From IMG/VR virus record IMGVR_UViG_3300048999_000018, positions 1 to 53,223 of that record: a DNA stretch of 53,223 nt; one strand, given 5' to 3'. How positions within the stretch are numbered: the first letter of the stretch is position 1; every line of letters begins with the position of its first letter. This DNA is from a virus (taxonomy: Duplodnaviria > Caudoviricetes). The notes below the pieces were generated by a model that was not told the origin of the DNA, made no database searches, and saw only the letters and a list, made by a program, of their open reading frames with translations. Below, piece by piece: positions 25,401-31,869 of this stretch. The translations under genes were made by a program, and so were the position numbers.

Positions 25401-25856
25401 TTACTTGGACATGTGGACGGTCGTGGAAACGCCCCTGATAGAGAACTGGAAGCTCAGGTCGCCGTAGTCGTAGAAGAACTTCTTAGTCTTCTCACTGGAG
25501 CCGTACAGACTGGCGTCAAGCAACTTCAGATCGCCGTAGGAAGTGGTTGTGAAAGGCTGCGAGGTCACCGCGTTGGTGTCGAACGTGCCTTCCCAGAACA
25601 GACCGGTTGTGTCCTCCATCGTCAGCGTGATCTCGATCTTGTTGTCCGAGATAGTCGCAGCCATGACGGCCTTCGGAAGACCACTCTGGACCTGATGGTA
25701 CTCACCCTGAAGACTCTTCGACGGAATCGAGATATTCGAGGCCGCGGAGGCAGAAGAAACACCATGTGGAGTTCCGAAGCCGTTCACCACGTCGTACAAC
25801 CCCACGAAAGAGGCCAGAACCGCGAACACGAGGATAAACTTCCTCGGAAAAGACAT
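25401..25856 (-). CDS. Putative exported/membrane-anchored protein
   Basis: N-terminal signal-like segment, beta-rich body, AAGGAG RBS. Confidence 0.7.
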   Translation of the reverse strand: MSFPRKFILVFAVLASFVGLYDVVNGFGTPHGVSSASAASNISIPSKSLQGEYHQVQSGLPKAVMAATISDNKIEITLTMEDTTGLFWEGTFDTNAVTSQPFTTTSYGDLKLLDASLYGSSEKTKKFFYDYGDLSFQFSIRGVSTTVHMSK

Positions 25857-25891
25857 GATGTACTCCTTGTTTGATTGTCAGAGTTGAAACG

Positions 25892-25926
25892 AAAAAACCA
25901 TAAGCCGGGTTAGGGTCTTATGGTTT
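25892..25926 (-). terminator. Cassette 7 hairpin (CTAAC loop)
   Basis: AAACCATAAGACC-CTAACCC-GGCTTATGGTTTTTT. Confidence 0.7.
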
Positions 25927-25950
25927 GTTGAGCGTCCTTGAGTTGGTGTA

Positions 25951-26145
25951 TCAGGCCTCGGGGGTCTCCTCGACGACCTTCTTGGTCTTCTTGGCCGCGA
26001 GGACCGCGACGACTCCGAGGGCGATGATGCCGGCGGTCACGGCAGCGAGCTGCTTGGTGTTCCGCTGGATCTTCGTCTTCAGGTCGGTGTTGGTCTCTTC
26101 GGTCACGACGATGTCGATAGTCTCGGGGGTTGCCTTCTGGGACAC
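25951..26145 (-). CDS. Cassette 7 small membrane protein
   Basis: 64 aa, LAAVTAGIIALGVVAVLAA followed by KKTKK. Confidence 0.75.
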   Translation of the reverse strand: MSQKATPETIDIVVTEETNTDLKTKIQRNTKQLAAVTAGIIALGVVAVLAAKKTKKVVEETPEA

Positions 26146-26158
26146 GATGTTCCTTTCA

Positions 26159-26193
26159 TAGGGGTCTCATTATACCCCATGTATTTTCTGCGA
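26159..26193 (-). promoter_or_regulatory. Promoter-like repeat, copy 7
   Basis: TCGCA-gaaaat-ACA-tgggg-TATAAT-GAGACCCCTA. Confidence 0.8.
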
Positions 26194-26201
26194 ATCGAGA
26201 T

Positions 26202-26239
26202 AAAAACCTAAAGACCGGGTTAGGGTCTTGTTGGTTTTT
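26202..26239 (-). terminator. Cassette 6 hairpin (CTAAC loop)
   Basis: AAAAACC..AAGACC-CTAACCC-GGTCTT..GGTTTTT. Confidence 0.7.
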
Positions 26240-26259
26240 GGTATCCTTCTTGATTGATC

Positions 26260-26436
26260 TCAGTCTTCGTTGACGGTGTCTTCTTCGTTGAACAGGTACT
26301 TCAGGCCGTAGTAGACAGCAGCGGTGACGGCGATGGGCAGGACGATTTTCGTCAGCACCAGCTTCTTCACCAGCCGGCTGTTTTCAGCGGCGAGTTGTTC
26401 CTTGTTCATCTTCTGAATTTCGTTCCACGACTTCAT
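26260..26436 (-). CDS. Cassette 6, 58-aa membrane protein (not in ORF track)
   Basis: MKSWNEIQKMNKEQLAAENSRLVKKLVLTKIVLPIAVTAAVYYGLKYLFNEEDTVNED; AAGGA RBS. Confidence 0.7.
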   Translation of the reverse strand: MKSWNEIQKMNKEQLAAENSRLVKKLVLTKIVLPIAVTAAVYYGLKYLFNEEDTVNED

Positions 26437-26450
26437 GGGATGTCCTTAGA

Positions 26451-26485
26451 TAGGGGTCTCATTATAGCCCCTGTATTTCTTGCGA
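26451..26485 (-). promoter_or_regulatory. Promoter-like repeat, copy 6
   Basis: TCGCA-agaaat-ACA-ggggc-TATAAT-GAGACCCCTA. Confidence 0.8.
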
Positions 26486-26486
26486 A

Positions 26487-26681
26487 TTACTGTTCCCAAC
26501 CGTCCATCCACTCGTCAATTGACATGGGAGCGTATTCGTCTGCCGGCCAAACGCTACAAGGGCTAACGGGATTAGCCATGATCCAATCAAGAATTTCGTG
26601 ATCGGTTCCCTTGAACAAGGGCTTCATTTTTCGGTCAAGAACTGTCCCGCATTTTCCATATTTATCGGCTCGTCTAACCAT
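26487..26681 (-). CDS. Hypothetical protein
   Basis: VLDRKMKPLFKGT..E...W motif shared with 7699-8004. Confidence 0.65.
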   Translation of the reverse strand: MVRRADKYGKCGTVLDRKMKPLFKGTDHEILDWIMANPVSPCSVWPADEYAPMSIDEWMDGWEQ

Positions 26682-27160
26682 CAGTATCTCCCGTATACCG
26701 CTGTCGAGCCACCCGTCGTGTACTCAGAAATCGGGGCGTTGATGACTACCTTGTAACCTCGGTAACTTCCGGTGTTGGCGTTGGTCATTACGGCCTTACC
26801 ACCGAAAATGCCTGTGAATATACCCACATGGTAAACATGGCCGCTGCGGTCTTTGATGAACACCAGATCACCGATTGCACGAGAACCAGCGCTTATGTGT
26901 TTGGACTTGTTGTACTGATCCTGCGCAGTGCGAGGCAAAGTCTTTCCGTGTGTCTTGTACGCCCACCACACAAGTCCAGAGCAGTCATAACCCTTGACGT
27001 AACCGCCCTCAGCACCGTACGTGTACTTCGCGCCCTTTTGACCGTGAGCACTTACCATGGCTGCGTTCCTGAGCGTTGCAGCATTTGCGTCTGGGATGGA
27101 AAGAAAGAATGTTCCGAATGCCAGACCAAATATGACTGCGAGCTTTATGGTGCTTTTCAT
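26681..27160 (-). CDS. Secreted NlpC/P60 (C40) peptidoglycan endopeptidase
   Basis: Signal peptide MKSTIK...ANA; Y.YGA, YDCSGLV, LPRTA..Q, GDLVF, HVGI. Confidence 0.85.
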   Translation of the reverse strand: MKSTIKLAVIFGLAFGTFFLSIPDANAATLRNAAMVSAHGQKGAKYTYGAEGGYVKGYDCSGLVWWAYKTHGKTLPRTAQDQYNKSKHISAGSRAIGDLVFIKDRSGHVYHVGIFTGIFGGKAVMTNANTGSYRGYKVVINAPISEYTTGGSTAVYGRY

Positions 27161-27353
27161 GATACTACCCAATCGGTTGAAGGAGATATTACTGAAACAT
27201 GCCGATTCGCTCAGGGAATTTCTTTTGTGCTTGGTAGAACGACCGGCAGGCATATACTGAAGCCTTTTGTCCGGGAGGTATCAGCCTCCAATATCCCCCA
27301 CGCTTTTTCCACTTGCCACTTGTTCTTGGCGGGCATGACTATGCCCAATCCTC

Positions 27354-27569
27354 TCAGAACGTATCTCGCTTCCACTCACTGAGCTTCGGCAAATGCCATG
27401 CGTGCAATTCGTCCGGAGTCATTTTGTCTAGAGCTTCCCCTTCTAGACAAGCCAACATTCCGTACACCATTACCCACAGTTTTGTGCCATCTTCAGATAC
27501 CCGATAGGAATCAGGCTTGACTGGGTGAGTTAGTGCAGTATAGGCGTCCAACCATTCTAGATATCTCAC
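27354..27569 (-). CDS. Hypothetical protein
   Basis: 71-aa ORF in operon context. Confidence 0.55.
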   Translation of the reverse strand: MRYLEWLDAYTALTHPVKPDSYRVSEDGTKLWVMVYGMLACLEGEALDKMTPDELHAWHLPKLSEWKRDTF

Positions 27570-27575
27570 GTTGTG

Positions 27576-27716
27576 TTACTTCCCCTCAGTCTCTTCCGCA
27601 ATTGTGTCAGCAATCGCTTCTGCTGTTTCCGGGTCATTGTCGAGAGCCGCAGCAACATCCTGAGGCGAGTTGATCTCGGTAATGCTTCCGTCCTGATTGA
27701 CCCACATCAAACCCAT
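27576..27716 (-). CDS. 46-aa acidic peptide (not in ORF track)
   Basis: MGLMWVNQDGSITEINSPQDVAAALDNDPETAEAIADTIAEETEGK; AGGA RBS. Confidence 0.55.
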   Translation of the reverse strand: MGLMWVNQDGSITEINSPQDVAAALDNDPETAEAIADTIAEETEGK

Positions 27717-27784
27717 TGTGTTTCCTGCTTTCTTTGAAGAGTTTGGTGAAATTACTCCGCCGGGAATTTTTCAAGAATCGGTTA

Positions 27785-27973
27785 CTATCCCTTTTCATAC
27801 CTCTCGTTCATCTTGTTGAGAGATTCCTTGTAGTCTTTCTTGATTTCTTCGATGGAATCATGGTAGATCCTACGAGCTTCCGCCATGGTTTTTCTGTAAC
27901 TTCGATCGAGCACGAGAATATAGATCAGACCGCCGAGAAGCCAAACAGAAAGAACAACGATCGTGAGTAGCAT
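27785..27973 (-). CDS. Small membrane protein
   Basis: Hydrophobic N-terminus followed by a coiled tail. Confidence 0.6.
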   Translation of the reverse strand: MLLTIVVLSVWLLGGLIYILVLDRSYRKTMAEARRIYHDSIEEIKKDYKESLNKMNERYEKG

Positions 27974-27990
27974 AGTTAGATCTCCATTTC

Positions 27991-28028
27991 AAAAACATAA
28001 AACCCGTGTTAAGGGCTTTAGAGGTTTT
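27991..28028 (-). terminator. Cassette 5 hairpin (TTAAC loop)
   Basis: AAAAC..TAAAGCCC-TTAACAC-GGGTTTTA.GTTTTT. Confidence 0.65.
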
Positions 28029-28044
28029 GTATGAAAACAACTTT

Positions 28045-28233
28045 CTAGTAAATCTGCCTTGCATCCCGAATTGTCTGCAGATCAGGATCCTCGAACAGAT
28101 CGGCCAATGCCTTCTGGGCACTGTTCGTGCTCATGTCTCTTGGCGAGAGAACGCGAATGATTCCAATAATGGCATCGATCAATCCGACCGTGATTCCTTC
28201 TTCGTCACGACAACTCTGAGTTTCCTCAGGCAT
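28045..28233 (-). CDS. Cassette 5 small protein
   Basis: 62 aa, AGGAG RBS after the repeat. Confidence 0.7.
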   Translation of the reverse strand: MPEETQSCRDEEGITVGLIDAIIGIIRVLSPRDMSTNSAQKALADLFEDPDLQTIRDARQIY

Positions 28234-28246
28234 GTGATCTCCTAGG

Positions 28247-28281
28247 TAGGGGTCTCATTATATGCCGTGTTTTTTCTGCGA
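28247..28281 (-). promoter_or_regulatory. Promoter-like repeat, copy 5
   Basis: TCGCA-gaaaaa-ACA-cggca-TATAAT-GAGACCCCTA. Confidence 0.8.
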
Positions 28282-28286
28282 AGACG

Positions 28287-28317
28287 AAACTCAAAGCCCT
28301 TGTTAGGGCCCGGAGTT
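28287..28317 (-). terminator. Cassette 4 hairpin (CTAAC loop)
   Basis: AACTC.GGGCCCT-AACA-AGGGCTT.GAGTTT. Confidence 0.6.
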
Positions 28318-28332
28318 GGTTGTGAGGGTTGT

Positions 28333-28572
28333 CTACTTGTTGTCGGCGCTCTTGGTCTTCTTGACGGCGATCTCACCCAGAATGTCAACGACCTTTATGG
28401 CAACGATGATTACACCGACCGTGATGGCAGTGCGCTTCAGAACGTCTTTAGCGATCTCAGTTACGAGTTCACCAGAGGCGGTTCCGATTCGCTCTTCCAT
28501 GGTGGCGGATGAATCTTTGTTTTCTTTGGGGGTCTTGACGAGTACGGGCTTGATAGCGTAGCGGTTAAACAC
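28333..28572 (-). CDS. Cassette 4 small membrane protein
   Basis: 79 aa, AITVGVIIVAI segment. Confidence 0.7.
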   Translation of the reverse strand: MFNRYAIKPVLVKTPKENKDSSATMEERIGTASGELVTEIAKDVLKRTAITVGVIIVAIKVVDILGEIAVKKTKSADNK

Positions 28573-28586
28573 GGCGTTCCAATCTG

Positions 28587-28621
28587 TAGGGGTCTCATAA
28601 TAGGCCGTGTTTTTTCTGCGA
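28587..28621 (-). promoter_or_regulatory. Promoter-like repeat, copy 4
   Basis: TCGCA-gaaaaa-ACA-cggcc-TATTAT-GAGACCCCTA. Confidence 0.8.
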
Positions 28622-28650
28622 AGTTGTTAGAGATCACTCTCATTTTGACG

Positions 28651-28685
28651 AAACATAAAGGCCGGGTTAGGGCCTTTAGAGGTTT
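28651..28685 (-). terminator. Cassette 3 hairpin (CTAAC loop)
   Basis: AAAC..TAAAGGCC-CTAACCC-GGCCTTTA.GTTT. Confidence 0.65.
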
Positions 28686-28690
28686 CGAGA

Positions 28691-28804
28691 TTACTGCTTG
28701 AGTTTCCGGTCGAACACAGCGTCGGCGAGATCCATCCAGTCGTCGGTGTGCGTGTGGTGCTTCGCGATGGTGGATTGGATTACTCGAATCAGCTTCTTCA
28801 ACAT
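28691..28804 (-). CDS. Cassette 3, 37-aa peptide (not in ORF track)
   Basis: MLKKLIRVIQSTIAKHHTHTDDWMDLADAVFDRKLKQ; AAAGG RBS. Confidence 0.6.
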   Translation of the reverse strand: MLKKLIRVIQSTIAKHHTHTDDWMDLADAVFDRKLKQ

Positions 28805-28818
28805 GGAAGGGCCTTTCG

Positions 28819-28853
28819 TAGGGGTCTCACTATAATCCTTGTAATTCCTACGA
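28819..28853 (-). promoter_or_regulatory. Promoter-like repeat, copy 3
   Basis: TCGTA-ggaatt-ACA-aggat-TATAGT-GAGACCCCTA. Confidence 0.75.
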
Positions 28854-28859
28854 TTGGCC

Positions 28860-28894
28860 AAAACGTAAAGGCCGTGTTAGGGCCTTTAGAGGTT
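28860..28894 (-). terminator. Cassette 2 hairpin (CTAAC loop)
   Basis: AAC..TAAAGGCC-CTAACAC-GGCCTTTA.GTTTT. Confidence 0.65.
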
Positions 28895-28902
28895 CTTGAG
28901 AT

Positions 28903-29133
28903 CTACTTCCTGTTGAAGTCGTCGACGAACAGTCCGACGCCGGGGTAGAAGTCGTACGTCCATCCCTCGTCCTTGGCCTTGCTGATGGCGCGTCCCATGT
29001 TGTCTCGGCCGTCCTTTAGGTCCTTTCGGTCCTTGGCGACGACAGCGAGAATGCCGATGGTGGCGACAGCAGTCACGAGTTCAGGAGCGTGAATGGTGAT
29101 GTACGACTTGACTTTGGCGATCTTCTTGTTCAC
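28903..29133 (-). CDS. Cassette 2 small membrane protein
   Basis: 76 aa, LVTAVATIGILAVVA segment, AAAGGA RBS. Confidence 0.75.
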   Translation of the reverse strand: MNKKIAKVKSYITIHAPELVTAVATIGILAVVAKDRKDLKDGRDNMGRAISKAKDEGWTYDFYPGVGLFVDDFNRK

Positions 29134-29147
29134 GTGGGTTCCTTTCG

Positions 29148-29181
29148 TAGGGTCTCATTAAAAGCCATGTTTTTCTTGCGA
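29148..29181 (-). promoter_or_regulatory. Promoter-like repeat, copy 2
   Basis: TCGCA-agaaaa-ACA-tggct-TTTAAT-GAGACCCTA. Confidence 0.75.
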
Positions 29182-29186
29182 ATGCG

Positions 29187-29240
29187 AAAAAACAAAGGGC
29201 ATGTAAGAGTCGTTTAAACTCTCGCACGCCCTCTGCTTTT
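29187..29240 (-). terminator. Cassette 1 hairpin with U-tract
   Basis: AGGGCGTG.AGAGT-TTAAACG-ACTCT.CATGCCCT followed by TTGTTTTTT. Confidence 0.7.
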
Positions 29241-29267
29241 CGATTTCCTGCTGTGGGTCTGTTTGTG

Positions 29268-29558
29268 TTACCTGGGCTTCAGAACGAAGCCGATTGCCTT
29301 CGAAGTCACGATATGGACTCGCTCGAAGTTCAAGATCATCAGGATACCGGCGAGGTTCCCTGCGACGACGGCCAACGTGTCCGGACTTACACGGCTCGGA
29401 GATTCGATCTCCTTGAGCTTGTAGAGCTTGGTCAGTTGGTCCGCCATCGCGGCGAATTCGGGGGTACCGCTGTTGGTCTCAGACATCTGAGTGAGAACCT
29501 TGGTGATGACTTCGTCGAGGTGAGTCGGCGATTCGATCTTGGTCTTCAGGGTGTACAA
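29268..29558 (-). CDS. Cassette 1 membrane protein
   Basis: TTG start 6 nt after AAGGAG; SPDTL.VV.GNL.GI..IL.FE...I.TSKA.GFV.K C-terminus. Confidence 0.7.
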   Translation of the reverse strand: MYTLKTKIESPTHLDEVITKVLTQMSETNSGTPEFAAMADQLTKLYKLKEIESPSRVSPDTLAVVAGNLAGILMILNFERVHIVTSKAIGFVLKPR

Positions 29559-29573
29559 AGCATACTCCTTACA

Positions 29574-29608
29574 TAGGGGTCTCACTATACCCTATGTATT
29601 ATATGCGA
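29574..29608 (-). promoter_or_regulatory. Promoter-like repeat, copy 1
   Basis: TCGCA-tataat-ACA-taggg-TATAGT-GAGACCCCTA. Confidence 0.8.
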
Positions 29609-29619
29609 CCCCGGAAAAA

Positions 29620-29868
29620 CTACTCCGGAACGATTGGAGCAGTCTCAGCGATCGATTTATGAGCCCACATCGAAGCTGCTTCCAGTTCCGTGAAGGCTAT
29701 AGTTTTGGCGCGACCCTCATTGGGGAGGACAATGTCCAAGTATTCAGCAAACTCGATGAACTTAAACCGAAGTTCCGCATGTTTCGGAAGTGTCGCATTA
29801 GAACCTTCGATAGTTCCCTTGTGGAAACCGAATCGGTTCTCAATTTCTTCTTTTCCAAGATCAGCCAT
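29620..29868 (-). CDS. Acb2/Tad1-like helical hairpin protein (putative cyclic-nucleotide sponge)
   Basis: RF.FH...H..LR......A......LP..R.K..A.T.LE.A.MWA.K.IA pattern, 82 aa. Confidence 0.6.
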   Translation of the reverse strand: MADLGKEEIENRFGFHKGTIEGSNATLPKHAELRFKFIEFAEYLDIVLPNEGRAKTIAFTELEAASMWAHKSIAETAPIVPE

Positions 29869-29875
29869 TGTTCTC

Positions 29876-30259
29876 CTACTGCGGAATCGTGCCGGGAACT
29901 ACCTTGAACTTGGCATCGGTCTGTGTATCCAGAGCATGAGCCGCTGCTTCAGAGTTCATCGCCACTTGAATGGTCTTGAAACCATCCTCAGTCTGACCCA
30001 CGAGCAAATCGCCGGCATACTTGGCGTCACTCGCATTGTACGAGGCCTGTGAAACACCCATCAAACCGCCCATGAAGACGTTCACAGCGGCGATGGAACC
30101 GACTACCTGTTCCGCGTTCGGGAGATGCCAGAGAGACGCCAGAGCGAAGTACAGCGCTCCAACAGAAGGGAGTCCGATCGCGGATATGTGCTTCAGAATC
30201 GTGTAATACCGATCACTGAGAAGGGGGCGTTTGCCTTGCGTCTCCGACGAGTTGGACAT
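29876..30259 (-). CDS. Holin (Dp-1-like)
   Basis: LSD..Y..LK....I.LP..GALY..LA..W.LP..EQVVG.I.A...F.G.L.G.S; start set at MSNSSE. Confidence 0.75.
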   Translation of the reverse strand: MSNSSETQGKRPLLSDRYYTILKHISAIGLPSVGALYFALASLWHLPNAEQVVGSIAAVNVFMGGLMGVSQASYNASDAKYAGDLLVGQTEDGFKTIQVAMNSEAAAHALDTQTDAKFKVVPGTIPQ

Positions 30260-30608
30260 TGCTGATGACCCTTCCCTGATCGTTCGTGAATATCCCGTTG
30301 TACTCGGTATGTGGCCTGAATGGAAGAGTTTCCACCTCACGCATGATGCGTTTGGCGACGCCGTTACCACCCAAAGCCGCATATGGATCGAAGAAGTATT
30401 CGCGGAAATCTTCGAGTTCGTCTTTTGTGATAGATCCGCGTTCTATATAGGTGAGGCCCAACGTCGTGATCTTGTCATACGCAACGCCCATCAGGAGACG
30501 CGTTGTCGCATTTCTCTTCGTGTCCTTACTCTGCAGAAATGCCCAGAGACCACCAGATCCGAGAATCGAACCGAATATGATCACCAGCATTCTTGCCCAT
30601 ACATCCAC
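30213..30608 (-). CDS. Membrane protein preceding the holin
   Basis: N-terminal TM; LL.G...D.I......YI.RG.IT..E......Y..LGGNG motif; GTG start after GGAGG. Confidence 0.7.
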   Translation of the reverse strand: MDVWARMLVIIFGSILGSGGLWAFLQSKDTKRNATTRLLMGVAYDKITTLGLTYIERGSITKDELEDFREYFFDPYAALGGNGVAKRIMREVETLPFRPHTEYNGIFTNDQGRVISNVQLVGDARQTPPSQ

Positions 30609-30622
30609 GAAATATCCTCCCC

Positions 30623-31606
30623 TTATACCGTACGGCTCCAAACCCCCTGATTACAAATCCAAGGTTCGGCTTTCTTCCACACCCCGCCGACCCTCACATA
30701 AGGAACCGCGATTTTCCATTCCGTGCCTACTTTGATATAGGCTCCGGCAACTGTTCTAAAGCTAGCTGACGCCGACCAAGGGCTCCACCCAACTGAGTTC
30801 TGAACTCGTGCCCAGACGTAATACATCGTGCCTGGAATGAGCCCGTCGATTATGTGCGGAGATCCTGCGGTGTCGATCGTCGTTGGAGCTGACGAACTGG
30901 TTCCATAACCGACCTGAGAACTGGTGATTATGGCCCCGCCATTGCCGTTCTGAGAGAAGGAAGCCTCTGCAGTAATCGACGTAATACTGGCTATAAGAGG
31001 CTTTGATGGAGCATCAGGAACCCTGAGAGTTACCGCACTAGATCTACCGGACCAATTACTCCAGCCGACGAAATTATGAACTCGGGCCCAGAAATAGTAT
31101 CTCGAACCAGGATCAAGACTCCCTACAGTCGTTGATCCGTCAGAGATAGTCGTATCTGTGATGACACCAGAGTTCTTGCTGTAACCGATCTCTCGTAGAT
31201 CGATATCAGCTCCACCGTCGCCGTTACTTGCGAATTTCACAAGAATTGACGTTGACTTGATGCTGGACAACTGCGGTGTATCAGGAGTGGGCGGTTCGGT
31301 AGCTCTTGTGACACCGTGGCTGAAAGTCGTCGGACCACCAATACCCGGAATACTGGTACTGGTAAGGAGTCTGAACGTTACTGTTTGGTTCGTGGATACC
31401 GAGACCGACCCGACGTGATACCAATCAGCCCCAGTAGGGTAATTGATGGTATTGCTGTTTGTTGAACCATTTGCGGTCCAGTTGAAAGCAAGACCATTTA
31501 CCCATTCGGCAGAATTACCCGCCTTGAACCAGAACTCGACAGACGACCCAGTATCCCGGATCATCATGGTTCCGTTGGTGCCTGTTGTCTTTGTCCAGTC
31601 GGTCAC
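30623..31606 (-). CDS. Minor tail protein with two fibronectin type III-like repeats
   Basis: Two P..P...L.PG..YY.WARV.N.VGWS.WS repeats. Confidence 0.75.
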   Translation of the reverse strand: MTDWTKTTGTNGTMMIRDTGSSVEFWFKAGNSAEWVNGLAFNWTANGSTNSNTINYPTGADWYHVGSVSVSTNQTVTFRLLTSTSIPGIGGPTTFSHGVTRATEPPTPDTPQLSSIKSTSILVKFASNGDGGADIDLREIGYSKNSGVITDTTISDGSTTVGSLDPGSRYYFWARVHNFVGWSNWSGRSSAVTLRVPDAPSKPLIASITSITAEASFSQNGNGGAIITSSQVGYGTSSSAPTTIDTAGSPHIIDGLIPGTMYYVWARVQNSVGWSPWSASASFRTVAGAYIKVGTEWKIAVPYVRVGGVWKKAEPWICNQGVWSRTV

Positions 31607-31614
31607 GGAACCTC

Positions 31615-31854
31615 CTAGCTGATGATCTTGAAGTAAATATCGCCGTCATTCCCACCAGTGGGATCGGCAGTCCCAGAAGTGATTCCCGAAGCAGTGCGAT
31701 ATGCAGCCTTACCTGTGGGAGTCAGCCCCTTGACCTGAGCGACGAAGTCACGAGTGCGAGTGATCTCCTGAGCTCCGATCTTCACGAGACCATCAACTCC
31801 CGTGTTGGGAACAATGGGATAGCCGGCGGCAGTAGCGTCATCGCCAACAGCCAT
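31615..31854 (-). CDS. Small tail-associated protein
   Basis: 79 aa, GTADPTGGNDGDIYFK C-terminus. Confidence 0.65.
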   Translation of the reverse strand: MAVGDDATAAGYPIVPNTGVDGLVKIGAQEITRTRDFVAQVKGLTPTGKAAYRTASGITSGTADPTGGNDGDIYFKIIS

Positions 31855-31869
31855 TTCAAACCTCCTTCA

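Noticed and set aside
27161-27350. c-di-AMP (ydaO) riboswitch upstream of the NlpC/P60 gene
   Set aside because: Consensus elements (GAATCC, GGAACC, CCCGTCAGCTAAC) were not found
29223-29230. 8-nt complementarity between the 23.6-kb RNA loop (CGCACGCC) and the cassette 1 hairpin arm
   Set aside because: A GC-rich 8-mer match is expected by chance in 53 kb, so it is not used as evidence
23143-29608. Repeats as a CRISPR or mini-CRISPR array
   Set aside because: Spacing is 230-3000 bp, each interval holds an ORF with an RBS, and the repeat has promoter geometry
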